Virus record (IMG/VR): IMGVR_UViG_2858553787_000001
Reading direction: 5' to 3' (one strand)
Length of the DNA: 64,000 nucleotides
Source of the DNA: an uncultured virus (IMG/VR IMGVR_UViG_2858553787_000001)
Lineage: Duplodnaviria; Heunggongvirae; Uroviricota; Caudoviricetes
Shown here piece after piece: positions 19,201-28,627 of this stretch. Below the pieces are notes generated by a model. That model worked only from the letters and a program-made list of their open reading frames with translations. It searched no databases and was not told where the DNA came from. The stretch's first letter is position 1, and each line of letters starts with the position of its first letter. Both the position numbers and the translations under genes were made by a program.

Positions 19201-22190
19201 GAAATCGTAGAGGAAATCCCAGATTTCATCGAGTTAAAAGCTGTCGTCGCCGCACTCTTGATGCTGTTACTGAGGGACGATACCGTGGATTTCATGGCAT
19301 TCCAGCCGGAAGAAACCACCGATTTGATGCCATTTATCACACCGGATATCTTGCTGCCGATGGCGCTCCAGATGGAAGAAACCGTGGACTGGATCGCAGA
19401 AAGGACCGTCGAGATGACCGTCTTGACCGCATTCCATGCCATACTCATTCGGGTCTGGATGCCAGTCAGCAGCGGAGACAGGAAGGATACAATGGCATTC
19501 CACACCGTCGTCACTGCAGTCTGGATCGCAGTCAGTACAGTAGAGATAGCCGTCTTGATTGCCGACCAAACCGTAGAGAAAGTCGTCTGCAATCCAGTCA
19601 GGATCGGAGTCACAAATGCAACGATAGCGTTCCAGATGGAAGTGATCTTCGTCTGGATCGCGGTCAGTGCTGCGCCGATCAGGATCTGTATTGCCTGCCA
19701 GATGGTCTCAAACAGATATTTGAACGCATCCAGCAAAGGCTTGATGGTGTTGTAGATTCCGTTCCACACTGTAGTGATCGTGGTGCTGATGGTGTTCATG
19801 ACCGTAGAGATTGCGGTCGAGATCGCCGTCCACACAGTTGTCACCGTGGTATGGATCGTATTCAGCACAGAAGAAACTGCTGTGGAAATGGCAGTCCAGA
19901 TGGTGCTGAAGGTCGTCTGAATACTCGTAAGGACGGTAGTAAAAAATCCAGACACTGCTGTAAATACAGTCGTTGCCACACTCTGGATAGCAGAAACTGT
20001 ATTTGAAAAGAAGCTGCTGATTCCACTCCACACGGTCTCGAAGAAGCTCTTGATACTGCCCCAGACCGTCTGCCAGTCCGTACCAAACAGACCAAGGAAC
20101 ATATCCAGTGCGCTCTTTAGTGCGGTAAGAGTCGTGGAGAATACGGACTTCACACCTTCCCAGATGCTGGAGAAGATGCCTTTCACTGCTTCCCATGCAC
20201 CGCTCCAGTTGCCGGAGAACACATTGGAAAAGACGTCGAATAGACCGAGCAGTGTATCCAGAACGACACCTAGGATGGTGGCAATATTCTGGAATGCTCC
20301 CTCAAACAGCGGTGCAAGCACCTGACAGAAGCCATCCCAGACTGCTTTCAGTACCTCAGTGACATCCTTAAAGTCAAAGCCAAGCCCATTGATCCGCTGT
20401 GTCAGCTGGTCGCAGAATCCTTTCACCTTGGAAACAATGTCGTTCCAGATGCCGGTAATGGCAGTACGGAACTCTTCATTTGTGTTCCAAAGGTTCATGA
20501 ATGCTGCCACCAGCGTGCCGATGACCGCCACTACTGCTACGACCGGTCCGGACAGGCCACCCAGAACCACACCCAGCTTGCTGAACACACCGCTGGCACT
20601 GCCCACATGGGTGATAAGAAGCCGGACACCCTTTGCAAGAGAACTGAACCCTCGCATCACTGTGCCGACAGTCGATATGGTCTTGCCAAGCACAATGAGC
20701 AGTGGACCGATGGATGCCGCTAGGAGCCCGATCTTGATGATCGTTTCCCTGGTGCTTTCATCCATGCTGTTGAGCTTGTCCACGAACTGTTGCACGGCAG
20801 ATACGATCTTGCGGATGGTCGGCATCAGGATATCGCCAAAAGAAATAGCCAGCTCCTCCAGCTGAGATTTCAGTATGGTGAGCTGACCATTTAAATTGTC
20901 CTGCATGGTCTCTGCCATGCTCTCGGATGCGCCATCGCAGTTTTCAATGGCACTGCTTAATTTATCGATATCCGGCTGGCTGGAATTCATCAGGGCAAGG
21001 AAGCCGGACATCGCATTCTTGCCGACCAGTGCCTCCGCATTGGCTGCCTTCTCAGATTCCGACAGTCCGGAGAATGCCACACGGCAGTCCGCAAGGATAT
21101 CGTTCAGGCTCCTCATACTGCCATCTGCGTTGCTGGTCGCAATCGTGACCTCACCGATGTTTTTACCAACAAAGGTCACTTCGCCGGAAAGGTTGTTCAT
21201 GATGGTACGAAGGGAAGTACCAGCCTGCGAAGCCTTGATACCACTGTTTGCCATAAGTCCGATGGCTTCTGCGGTATCTTCTGCCGAAAACCCCAGCGCA
21301 CCAGCAATAGGCGCACAGTACTTGAACGTCTCGCCCATCATGGAGACATTGGTGTTCGCATTGGAAGAAGCAGCTGCAAGGATATCTGCAAAATGCCCGG
21401 AATCCGCAGCAGATAAGCCGAAAGCTGTGAGGGCATCAGTGACAATATCCGAAGTCGTGGCGAGGTCTTCACCCGAAGCCGCCGCGAGGTTCATGATACC
21501 CTCGATGCCGTTCAGCATGTCGGAGGTCTTCCATCCAGCCATGGCCATGTATTCCATCGCCGAAGCTGCCTCAGATGCAGAGAACTTGGTCTTCGCACCC
21601 ATCTCACGGGCTTTCGCACGGAGCTGGTCAAAGTCATCCCCGGTCGCACCGGAAATGGCAGAGACCTTGCTCATCTCGGAATCGAAATCTGCTGCCGTCT
21701 TCACTGCGGCAGTGCCAAGACCCGTTACGGCGGTAGTCACCGGCAGGAACTTCTTGCCGACATTTTCCACAGAAGATCCTATGTTCTGGAGCTTTTCTCC
21801 GGCTTCATCGATCTTGGCAAGCGTCGCATTCGTGGTCGCCGCTTGGTCCTGTAAGGATCGCAGATTCTGTTCGGTCTCCACGATCTCACGCTGAAGGGCA
21901 TCGTACTGCTGCTGGGTGATTTCACCGTTGGCAAGCTGCTCATTGGCCTGCTGTGCGGCAGTTTTCAGAGTTGCCAGCTTTTCCTTGGTAGCTTCAATGG
22001 CATCCTTCAGCATCTTCTGCTTCTGGACGACCAGTTCTGTATTGGAAGGGTCCAGTTTCAGGAGTTTGTTGACATCCTTCAGTCCGGACTGCGTCCCCTT
22101 GATTGACTTGTTTACACTTTCCAGTGCTTTGGAGAGCTTTGTGGTATCGCCGCCGATCTCAACGGTGATGCCCTGGATTCTGGATGCCAT
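16281..22190 (-). CDS. Tail tape measure protein
   Basis: ~1970 aa; T.FSASEAA core; long 11/22-aa W-spaced repeats. Confidence 0.95.
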   Translation of the reverse strand: MASRIQGITVEIGGDTTKLSKALESVNKSIKGTQSGLKDVNKLLKLDPSNTELVVQKQKMLKDAIEATKEKLATLKTAAQQANEQLANGEITQQQYDALQREIVETEQNLRSLQDQAATTNATLAKIDEAGEKLQNIGSSVENVGKKFLPVTTAVTGLGTAAVKTAADFDSEMSKVSAISGATGDDFDQLRAKAREMGAKTKFSASEAASAMEYMAMAGWKTSDMLNGIEGIMNLAAASGEDLATTSDIVTDALTAFGLSAADSGHFADILAAASSNANTNVSMMGETFKYCAPIAGALGFSAEDTAEAIGLMANSGIKASQAGTSLRTIMNNLSGEVTFVGKNIGEVTIATSNADGSMRSLNDILADCRVAFSGLSESEKAANAEALVGKNAMSGFLALMNSSQPDIDKLSSAIENCDGASESMAETMQDNLNGQLTILKSQLEELAISFGDILMPTIRKIVSAVQQFVDKLNSMDESTRETIIKIGLLAASIGPLLIVLGKTISTVGTVMRGFSSLAKGVRLLITHVGSASGVFSKLGVVLGGLSGPVVAVVAVIGTLVAAFMNLWNTNEEFRTAITGIWNDIVSKVKGFCDQLTQRINGLGFDFKDVTEVLKAVWDGFCQVLAPLFEGAFQNIATILGVVLDTLLGLFDVFSNVFSGNWSGAWEAVKGIFSSIWEGVKSVFSTTLTALKSALDMFLGLFGTDWQTVWGSIKSFFETVWSGISSFFSNTVSAIQSVATTVFTAVSGFFTTVLTSIQTTFSTIWTAISTAVSSVLNTIHTTVTTVWTAISTAISTVMNTISTTITTVWNGIYNTIKPLLDAFKYLFETIWQAIQILIGAALTAIQTKITSIWNAIVAFVTPILTGLQTTFSTVWSAIKTAISTVLTAIQTAVTTVWNAIVSFLSPLLTGIQTRMSMAWNAVKTVISTVLSAIQSTVSSIWSAIGSKISGVINGIKSVVSSGWNAMKSTVSSLSNSIKSAATTAFNSMKSGISSTISGIKNTITNGFNSAVSFIKGLAGQAFSWGSDMIGNIVSGIQSRIQDVASAVSGVADRIRSFLHFSVPDEGPLADMESWMPDFMQGLANGITTNTGLVTAAAENLSTTLSTSITNSMRGVEQAYSKSWAAISQTVKTGTVGVSAAMRSAWSSITTSTTSTWNSIKTTIQNSFSAVKSNVTSATAAVKTSMTSAWNAVKSLTTTSWNGIKTVITTAWNGIKSLTTSATASVKSSMTSAWNAVKTLTSTSWNGIKTVITTAWNSIKSLTTSSVSAVRSTVTSGWNTLKSTTTSAFNSIKSTVSSAMSSLRSTVSSGVASIRSSFNSLGSIASSAYRWGADICSQMAAGVRAAAGSVIAAAENVASRVRSLLHFSVPDEGPLSDADTYMPDFMKLLATGIKKNVKSVVKAVQGLAGSMSSNLTTPVDSLGDWMDSVVGSFATTIKRSQSGIGSAAKDVGSGIQSQLMSGLSGLKTQFQQLWTDLQGITKTAVGGMSDEVKQGFADMKDSIGELSSQTSSLGNAIRSLGDTFNSDFLKSLGNGISKVGDTVNTVTGLVDKLGSMKNTIGNLGSTLQNLGNVLGSENGGGLLSNLGSFLSKIGSADGGQIVSNFGNLISGLTSKMGGLGEGISGIISKLGSLGSSGGGILSNLDGLLSSVVSKIGGLGGSLSGIVSSIGSSLGGIAGTVGTTLSGLLGSVGTTVSGLAAGAGTALAGVASSAGGFLASAGTALAGLAGPAGIAVAAVGGIGLGLTALWKNCDGFREGVTNIWNKVTSVFSNGVNAIKNGISNAASAIGNVASSIWGGIKNVASSAVSWGKDIVGGIAGGIKKGVSWVGSAVKSVASGIRSFLHFSVPDEGPLADADTYMPDFMKLLSGGIKKGEGGLISQIRSMAAKVQQGMEGISSFILPELTLPHFDGSSWNFPQAALAGGGTTRTTNLGGVYITVNGYNARNDDELAQTVADKINGMIHEDDSVFK

Positions 22191-22305
22191 TTGTGTAACC
22201 ACCTCCTTGCCGGCATGAAAAAAGCCCATCTGCACGGAGCAGACAGGCTAAAAATGGGTATAAAAATACCCTGCCAGCTTTCACCAGCAGGGTTGATTAG
22301 AATTT

Positions 22306-23703
22306 TTACTTGTAAAGGTCTTCCAGCGTTATCAGCCGAACTTCACCTCGCTCTTGTGCCTGAAGAAGTCCATCTGTGAATCCGCCTTTCGAGAAGATAT
22401 AGTAGTGATAGTTGTTGCCCTTTCCAAAAACTGAGGCATAATCCCGAATCAAATCGAGTTCATCCACACCGATTTTCTCATTCCGGTATTTGCATGAACC
22501 GATGATATAGTCTTTGCCCTCAACAGGAGTTCCGACGATATCAATCTGTATCTGCTTTTTCTTCTTCGGGTCTGTCCCCCACCACTGGCCGATTTCACTC
22601 AGCTCAATAGGAAGGCTATCCGAATAATAGAGCAGGTAATCCTGACACATCTTCTCATAAATTAGACCCATGTAATCAGGAAGATACTGCTTTACAGCGT
22701 GTGGATAGGTCTTTGCAATTCTGCCAGAGTCAATGGCACTCATATTGATTGGCACAAACCGATACCAGAAACGGAAGAAGTTATCAGCCAGCAGATAGAT
22801 GGTTTTCTTACCCGGTTTTTCTGTAATCGGTGTTTCTTTCTTCGCAATGCCAAGGTCGATCAGCGTTTTCAGGTACTTCGATACGACCGAGTTTTCCTCG
22901 CCAACCTTCATCTTGATATCGTTCATTCGGGAAGCACCTTCTGCAATCGCTTTAATGATTGCATTATAAATGGCCGGCTCCCGGAGTTCCTGCTTCAGTA
23001 AGTTCCCCGGTTCCTCATACAGATAGCTGGAGCGGTCAAAGAAATTATCCAACAGAGCTTCATCCACACTATCTCGCACATCCAACTTATTGATATAGTG
23101 GGGAACTCCTCCCGTGATTCCATAAATCAGGGAATTGTCTTCTGCAGACAGATTTGGGTGGAACACAGCGGTTTCTTTATAGTCTAGCGGCTCAATCTTA
23201 AACTGGCCAGTACGTCTGCCATACAACGGACTTTCCTTTCCAAGCACCTGACTCTCCATGAAGCTCATAGAGGAGCCGCAAAGAATCAGGTACATCTTGG
23301 ACTCTGTCCATTTGTGGTCGATGATGTGCTGCAGCATCGCTGAAATAGCTGGTTTTGCTTTTGCAAGATAAGGATACTCATCAATGACAAAGACAATCCT
23401 CTTTTCCTTTGAAAGTGCTGTCAGCTCATCCAAAGCTGCATCATAGGACCTGAACTCCGGTGCAGACTCCATATCCGGCCGCTCAAAACTCATAATCGAC
23501 TTTGAGAGAGCTTCCAGATTTTCCTTTCCTGTCGTGTTCAATGCAGAAAAGAAAATGGTAGGCTTATCTTTGCAGAACTCGTTGATCAGTGCCGTTTTAC
23601 CAACACGCCGTCTGCCGTAGATGACAATGCACTCAAACTTATCACCTGCATACCGTTTATTCAGTTTCCGCAGCTCATCCTCACGGCAATAGAATTGACT
23701 CAT
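22306..23703 (-). CDS. AAA ATPase with wHTH and DUF234/nuclease-like C-terminus (moron)
   Basis: YGRRRVGKT Walker A, VIDEYPY Walker B, LILCGSS, DNFFRFW, IDIV..GSCK; lower GC. Confidence 0.88.
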   Translation of the reverse strand: MSQFYCREDELRKLNKRYAGDKFECIVIYGRRRVGKTALINEFCKDKPTIFFSALNTTGKENLEALSKSIMSFERPDMESAPEFRSYDAALDELTALSKEKRIVFVIDEYPYLAKAKPAISAMLQHIIDHKWTESKMYLILCGSSMSFMESQVLGKESPLYGRRTGQFKIEPLDYKETAVFHPNLSAEDNSLIYGITGGVPHYINKLDVRDSVDEALLDNFFDRSSYLYEEPGNLLKQELREPAIYNAIIKAIAEGASRMNDIKMKVGEENSVVSKYLKTLIDLGIAKKETPITEKPGKKTIYLLADNFFRFWYRFVPINMSAIDSGRIAKTYPHAVKQYLPDYMGLIYEKMCQDYLLYYSDSLPIELSEIGQWWGTDPKKKKQIQIDIVGTPVEGKDYIIGSCKYRNEKIGVDELDLIRDYASVFGKGNNYHYYIFSKGGFTDGLLQAQERGEVRLITLEDLYK

Positions 23704-23720
23704 CTGCTCACCTCCAATAA

Positions 23721-23793
23721 TTATACTCGTGAGTTAGTAACTCGTAAGTTACTTCTTTACGAGTATAATAAATCAGATAGTCTGCAAAGTCAA
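23721..23793 (-). promoter_or_regulatory. Moron promoter with repeated ACTCGT operator boxes
   Basis: TTGACT-17-TATTAT; 10-bp IR 23721-30/23759-68; ACTCGTrAGTTA at 23725 and 23740. Confidence 0.6.
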
Positions 23794-23811
23794 GTAAAAT
23801 AAGTCGAACCT

Positions 23812-24003
23812 TTAGAATCGATCGAAGTCCGACTGACTTGCCAGCTCTTTGTACGAATAGTCGTCATTCTGCCGCTCCGTGAACATATCATTGACCAACC
23901 CGATGGTCAGCAGGTCGAGGTCGGCAATGCTGATACCGAGCTGTACACAGCGCAGCAGAAAGAGCGGGGTGGTCATTTCCCGCTCACTTTTTCGAGGTTT
24001 TTT
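23812..24003 (-). CDS. Tail assembly chaperone -1 frameshift extension (gpGT-like)
   Basis: Open -1 frame entered at A AAA AAC (24003-23997). Confidence 0.75.
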   Translation of the reverse strand, partial: KKPRKSEREMTTPLFLLRCVQLGISIADLDLLTIGLVNDMFTERQNDDYSYKELASQSDFDRF

Positions 24004-24353
24004 CTGGATTCCACCTCCGTCTGCACATTCAGGCCCCACAGTTCGATCAGCTGGGGCAGGATCTGGTAGATGGAGAAGGTGTTGAACTGGTCCAGGAACT
24101 CCTCCGGGCTGTCTGGCACATTCGCAGGGTCAGCATGACGGGCCATCAACCATGCCAGGTCCTCGAACATCTCCAGACTGAAAAGGTCGAGGTTGGAATT
24201 GTCCTCATCGTTCTTCCCTACGCTCTTTTCCAGCTGGCGCAAGTCTTTGTAAATGTCACGGCCGAACTTGATGCGGTACAGGCGGGGTACAGCGGCACTT
24301 GCCTTAAAGGTGACTTCCTTGCCATCGATCTCGATTTTCTTTGTAACTGCCAT
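23973..24353 (-). CDS. Tail assembly chaperone (gpG-like)
   Basis: Between major tail and TMP; slippery site near 3' end. Confidence 0.85.
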   Translation of the reverse strand: MAVTKKIEIDGKEVTFKASAAVPRLYRIKFGRDIYKDLRQLEKSVGKNDEDNSNLDLFSLEMFEDLAWLMARHADPANVPDSPEEFLDQFNTFSIYQILPQLIELWGLNVQTEVESRKNLEKVSGK

Positions 24354-24386
24354 AATCGTAATCCTCCAAAATTTCATGTAAAATTG

Positions 24387-25293
24387 GCAGAGCCGAAGCC
24401 CTGCCGTATATCGTGTTTCTTACTCTGCCGGGTCAATGCTGACCAGTGCATTACCGCCGCTCACAGTCGGCAGCTTTCCATCCCACTTCTGTATCTTCTG
24501 GTACTCGATCAGCGTATCGGACAGGCTTTCTGCCAGTTTGCGGTTTGCATCCGCCTGTGCGTCTGCAGCGATGGAAGTTTTCTGTGCTTCCGCCTCTGCA
24601 TTGGTGATCGCCACCTGCTTATCCGCTTCTGCCTTGGCAATGGCCGCTTCATTCTCGATCTTCTGCTTATCTGCGTTCTGCTGTGCAATGGACTTCTGCT
24701 GGATGGCTTCGTTGTAGGCATCCTCGAAATTCATGTCGTTGACGACGACCTTGTTTACGAACACAACATCCTCACCATATTTCTGCACAAGGGACTCTGC
24801 CAGCTTCTGCTGTGCCAGAGGTTCGATCTTGGTGCGGTTGGTTACCTCTTTGGGACCAAGTTCAGCCATTGCAGACTTGATGGCAGATGCCACCAGCTCG
24901 TCACCGACCAGATTCTTGATGTCAGACACATTCGCATACAGCCATGCACTCTTCTCAGGAAGCACCTGATAGGTCACGATCACATCAGCGGCATACACAG
25001 GCGTCTTGTCGGAGGCTTCGCCCCAGACCTGTGCCTCGATATGCTTATCCTGCTGCTTGTTGTTGACCTTGTGGATGCTCTGCACAAAAGGAATGCAGAA
25101 ATTGAGCTTGCCACTCTGGATGGTGGTCTCCTGGATCTGGCCAAAGCTGGTCTTCACGCCCGTGTATCCGGTGGGGATGATGTGGAACGAGCAGACAGAC
25201 AGCACCAGAACGATGATCACTGCAAACACGGGAAAAATCCTCTTCATAATCATATACCTCTTTATAATAATGTAAGCAGAGCCGAAGCCCTGC
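24387..25293. repeat. 18-bp direct repeat GCAGAGCCGAAGCCCTGC flanking SPFH gene
   Basis: Identical copies at 24387-24404 and 25276-25293; each forms a UUCG-loop hairpin on minus strand. Confidence 0.9.
24420..25253 (-). CDS. SPFH/prohibitin (band 7) membrane protein (moron)
   Basis: N-terminal TM, G..GV...FG, AEA coiled coil, KWDGKLP motif. Confidence 0.88.
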   Translation of the reverse strand: MIMKRIFPVFAVIIVLVLSVCSFHIIPTGYTGVKTSFGQIQETTIQSGKLNFCIPFVQSIHKVNNKQQDKHIEAQVWGEASDKTPVYAADVIVTYQVLPEKSAWLYANVSDIKNLVGDELVASAIKSAMAELGPKEVTNRTKIEPLAQQKLAESLVQKYGEDVVFVNKVVVNDMNFEDAYNEAIQQKSIAQQNADKQKIENEAAIAKAEADKQVAITNAEAEAQKTSIAADAQADANRKLAESLSDTLIEYQKIQKWDGKLPTVSGGNALVSIDPAE

Positions 25294-25309
25294 AGTGTGT
25301 GTCGGTCAC

Positions 25310-25924
25310 TTAGCCCTGCGGCTCCTCAGTTTGACTGGTGTCTTCGGTGTCCACAGCTTCCGCCTGCGGCTCATAGACCGCATCGTACCACTTGTTATAG
25401 ACATCATCGGTGGTGTTGGTACCGGTCTTTGCCTTGACATAACCATTTGCCAGAGGGGTTGCCTGCAGGTTCAGGGTGTCCGTCTTGACTTCCTTGCTGT
25501 CCTCATTGGTCTCACCCTCGATGGACGGACGGCTTGCCACACAGTTGTACAGCACATGACGGATGTGGCGCTGGTCGCCATCGAACTCGAACAGGAAAGC
25601 AAAATGCTCCAATTCCACATTGGCGTTCTCAGCAAGCACGCCATTGCCATCCAGTTCCTCGTGCATGATGTCCGTGAGGAAACTCTCCGGGATCAGCGCA
25701 ATCTCCAGATCACCCTCGTAGCCGGAGTTGTTATTCACGACATAGTAGGCGATATTGTCCGCATAGAACGGCTCGATCTCGCCATTGGCATCCATAGAAA
25801 GACTGACTGCACCGGGGATGCGGACCGGCTTCGCATAGGTGACACTGCCATCTTCGTCAAAGGTTGCCTTTGCATAGTGGCAGTTTTTCAGGCCAAATTT
25901 GACCTTATTGCTTTTCTTCGACAT
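25310..25924 (-). CDS. Major tail protein (phi13-like)
   Basis: GLKN.HYA, FYADN..Y, GY.G.LE.A motifs. Confidence 0.9.
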   Translation of the reverse strand: MSKKSNKVKFGLKNCHYAKATFDEDGSVTYAKPVRIPGAVSLSMDANGEIEPFYADNIAYYVVNNNSGYEGDLEIALIPESFLTDIMHEELDGNGVLAENANVELEHFAFLFEFDGDQRHIRHVLYNCVASRPSIEGETNEDSKEVKTDTLNLQATPLANGYVKAKTGTNTTDDVYNKWYDAVYEPQAEAVDTEDTSQTEEPQG

Positions 25925-25958
25925 AGTGTTCCTCCCATAAAAATACCCTGCATGAGCA

Positions 25959-26276
25959 TCACACGGTCAGCTCATACAGGACTTCATACATTTTTTCGGT
26001 TTCGATCCAGACCTCGCTTTTCTCATAGTAGAGTTCGTGTGCGGTCAGGACTTCTTCAATAGTTGCTTCCATATCCGGGTCTTTATAATCGGTGTACACC
26101 TCGATGTCCAGCCGGTTGAAATGGTGGTACACAAGGTTGTCCGCACCGAAGTTCTCAGCCTTGGGATACAGGAAGCAGATAAACGGTGGATCAGGGCTCT
26201 CCCCTTCTGCGAAATGGTCATACGCATAGGGAAGCCCCATCTCCTCCACCAGAGCTTTTACTTCTTCGTGGGTCAT
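25959..26276 (-). CDS. Tail terminator/completion protein
   Basis: Position; AY..F, PPFI, ADN motifs. Confidence 0.75.
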   Translation of the reverse strand: MTHEEVKALVEEMGLPYAYDHFAEGESPDPPFICFLYPKAENFGADNLVYHHFNRLDIEVYTDYKDPDMEATIEEVLTAHELYYEKSEVWIETEKMYEVLYELTV

Positions 26277-26288
26277 GGGGTTCTCCTC

Positions 26289-26666
26289 TTATTTCAATGC
26301 CTTTTCGATCAGGGATTGGAGCTGCTCGATACCAGCCTGCTCCGCCGGAGCAATATGCGGTCTTCCTGCCACCCGGCCACCGCCGCGCTTGGCGTGACCT
26401 TTTTCCAGCAGATGCGCCAGCTGGTAGCGGTTCTTGGAATGCACCACCATCTGAAGGCTCTGGCTGGACTCCGACTGTTTGGTAGCCACCCAGCTCCCTT
26501 TGTACGCACCTGTTCTGGACGGTGCATTAGCTGAAATCTGGTCTTTGACCGTTTTCGCAGATTTACGGACAGCTTTCTTGACCTCGGTGGAGGCAAGGGT
26601 CGCATACTCTTTCAAGCCCTCATTGATGACATCTGCCATCTCATCGATACTGACGGTTCTGCTCAT
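26289..26666 (-). CDS. HK97 gp10-like neck protein
   Basis: AP.RTG.Y...W, HLLEKGH, G.PHI.PA. Confidence 0.85.
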   Translation of the reverse strand: MSRTVSIDEMADVINEGLKEYATLASTEVKKAVRKSAKTVKDQISANAPSRTGAYKGSWVATKQSESSQSLQMVVHSKNRYQLAHLLEKGHAKRGGGRVAGRPHIAPAEQAGIEQLQSLIEKALK

Positions 26667-26997
26667 CCGGCTGCCTCCTTTCCAAACGGCAATGAATCTT
26701 CAGCGTTTTCTTCTGGAAATTCATCGGGTCGATGCTCTCAATGTCGTAGAGCTGCTCCCGGAAACGAATGCGATAGCCCGTGGAAGTAAGGCCTCTCGTC
26801 TCACTGCACCAGCGCACCGTAAACACCACGCTCTTCTGTTCGGCTGTGATCTCACCCTCTTCTTCCTGCGCCTGATAGGTCGAAGCGTAGGCAAAGCAGG
26901 TGAAATATTCCTCACATGTGTTCCGATGGTTTCCGACCTTATCGGTCACGACCGTACTTTTCTCGATCGTGATCCGCTCATTCAGTTTCTCGATCAT
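26641..26997 (-). CDS. Head closure protein
   Basis: L..RI.I, D..GN, F.VR, RI.F...Y.I. Confidence 0.85.
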   Translation of the reverse strand: MIEKLNERITIEKSTVVTDKVGNHRNTCEEYFTCFAYASTYQAQEEEGEITAEQKSVVFTVRWCSETRGLTSTGYRIRFREQLYDIESIDPMNFQKKTLKIHCRLERRQPDEQNRQYR

Positions 26998-27335
26998 CAG
27001 AACACACCCTCCCTCACAGCAAACAAAATGGAACGAAGCGTCAACATCAGCTGGTGATGGTCAGCTTCGTCCCGGTGCTCATAGAGATATCCCAATGCAT
27101 ACAGAATCGCCACACGGCAGGTGCTGCGCAGGGCTTCCAGTTCCCTTGTGGGCTGTACTCCGTTCTCGGCATCCCGGTCAGCGGCATTGACTGCCTCCCA
27201 CTGGTCTTCCGATAGACGGCCCACGTCCTTGCACATCTGCTCCGCAGAAGATAAAAGGATGCCGATCAGGGCATCCTCATCACTGCTGTCCACGCGGAGA
27301 TAGGTCTTCGCTTCGTAAAGCGGGATCAGTGCCAT
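26997..27335 (-). CDS. Head-tail connector (gp6-like)
   Basis: EAK.YLRVD..DED.LI, LYEHR. Confidence 0.88.
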   Translation of the reverse strand: MALIPLYEAKTYLRVDSSDEDALIGILLSSAEQMCKDVGRLSEDQWEAVNAADRDAENGVQPTRELEALRSTCRVAILYALGYLYEHRDEADHHQLMLTLRSILFAVREGVF

Positions 27336-27360
27336 AACCGGCTCCTCCTTTCCGGGCTTT

Positions 27361-28566
27361 TTAGCCCTGCGGTGCCATCTGCAGAAGCTGTACAGCTTCC
27401 GGCAGGATCAGCTTGCCATCCACACGCTGGGTGGTCAGGAAACCGACCTGATCAGTACGGGCATACAGCTCGTTCAGACGGCGGAAGGTGCGGTTCTGGC
27501 GGTCAGCCACCCAGTAGTAGCTGTAATCGCCAAAGGCCATGACCTTGCTGCCACCCTTGATCTCCGGCATGAAGGCGGAAGTCTTCAGCGGACGGTTCAG
27601 CAGGGTATCAGGCTTTCCGATCTCCAGACCCGGCTTCCAGATATAGTTGCCGTTGTTGTCCTTGATGGTCATCAGCTGCAGCACCAGGGCTTCGTTGCAG
27701 AGGAACTGTGCCTTCTTGCGGTACGGAGCCTTCAGTGCATAGTAGAGCTTGAAGATCTCATCAAAGGACACAGCATCCTTCTGGGCAGCGGTCACACCGA
27801 CCTTGGCGCCGCCGGTCTCAGCCAGCAGACCCAGAGGCTTGCCCACACCGTCACCGGTGATAAAGGCGCGCTCCTCTGCGTTGCCCATACGCACACCGAA
27901 ACGGCGGGCAATATAGGTGGCGAGGTCGAAAGCGGAATCGTTCAGAAGCTCATTGGAGATCTTGATCATAGTGCCCAGCTTGTACGCAGACAGCATGGTC
28001 TGGCCGAAGGTGGTATCGCTCTCCGGGATCTCCTCGCCCTCATCGTTCCAGCTGGCTTCACCGGTATCCTCTGCGATAGGGATCTTACGGGTGCCGGAGC
28101 TAGTGCGGATGACGGTCGCCATGCCACGGAAGATGTTGTTCTCCTCCAGTGCCTCCACCAGCTTCTTCTCGAACTCATCGGGAACGGTAAAGCCGCCCTC
28201 GGTGTCCTCGCCCACAGACAGGGCATTGCGAACCTCGCCGTAATGGCCACGGTTGCGGATCATGTTCCAGAAGTTCTCGGCATACTCGGCAGTGGCGGTC
28301 GGCTTGACATCCTTCTTGGCACCGTTCTTCGGGTCAGCGTGGACAGGGCTGGAAGTCGGTGCGGACAGCTGTGCCTCGATCTGTGCCTGCTGCTCCAGAC
28401 GCTCGATCTCTGCACCCAGGTCCTTGACCTCCTGTGCCATCTTGTTGTACTGCTCCACGGCCTCAGCCTTTACCAGACCGTTCTCGCCGCGGTTCTTCTC
28501 CAGAAAGTCCTTGGTCTGCTCCCAGAGAGTGTTGCGCTTGGTGCGCAGTTCCAGAATCTTACTCAT
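27361..28566 (-). CDS. Major capsid protein (HK97 fold)
   Basis: Coiled-coil delta domain, GG..VP, IS.ELL.DS, G.G..KP.G, FGD, R.DG. Confidence 0.95.
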   Translation of the reverse strand: MSKILELRTKRNTLWEQTKDFLEKNRGENGLVKAEAVEQYNKMAQEVKDLGAEIERLEQQAQIEAQLSAPTSSPVHADPKNGAKKDVKPTATAEYAENFWNMIRNRGHYGEVRNALSVGEDTEGGFTVPDEFEKKLVEALEENNIFRGMATVIRTSSGTRKIPIAEDTGEASWNDEGEEIPESDTTFGQTMLSAYKLGTMIKISNELLNDSAFDLATYIARRFGVRMGNAEERAFITGDGVGKPLGLLAETGGAKVGVTAAQKDAVSFDEIFKLYYALKAPYRKKAQFLCNEALVLQLMTIKDNNGNYIWKPGLEIGKPDTLLNRPLKTSAFMPEIKGGSKVMAFGDYSYYWVADRQNRTFRRLNELYARTDQVGFLTTQRVDGKLILPEAVQLLQMAPQG

Positions 28567-28627
28567 AGTGTTTTTCCTCCATAAATTTGTGATGGTTGAT
28601 TGGATATAAAAACAGCCTGAATGCACA

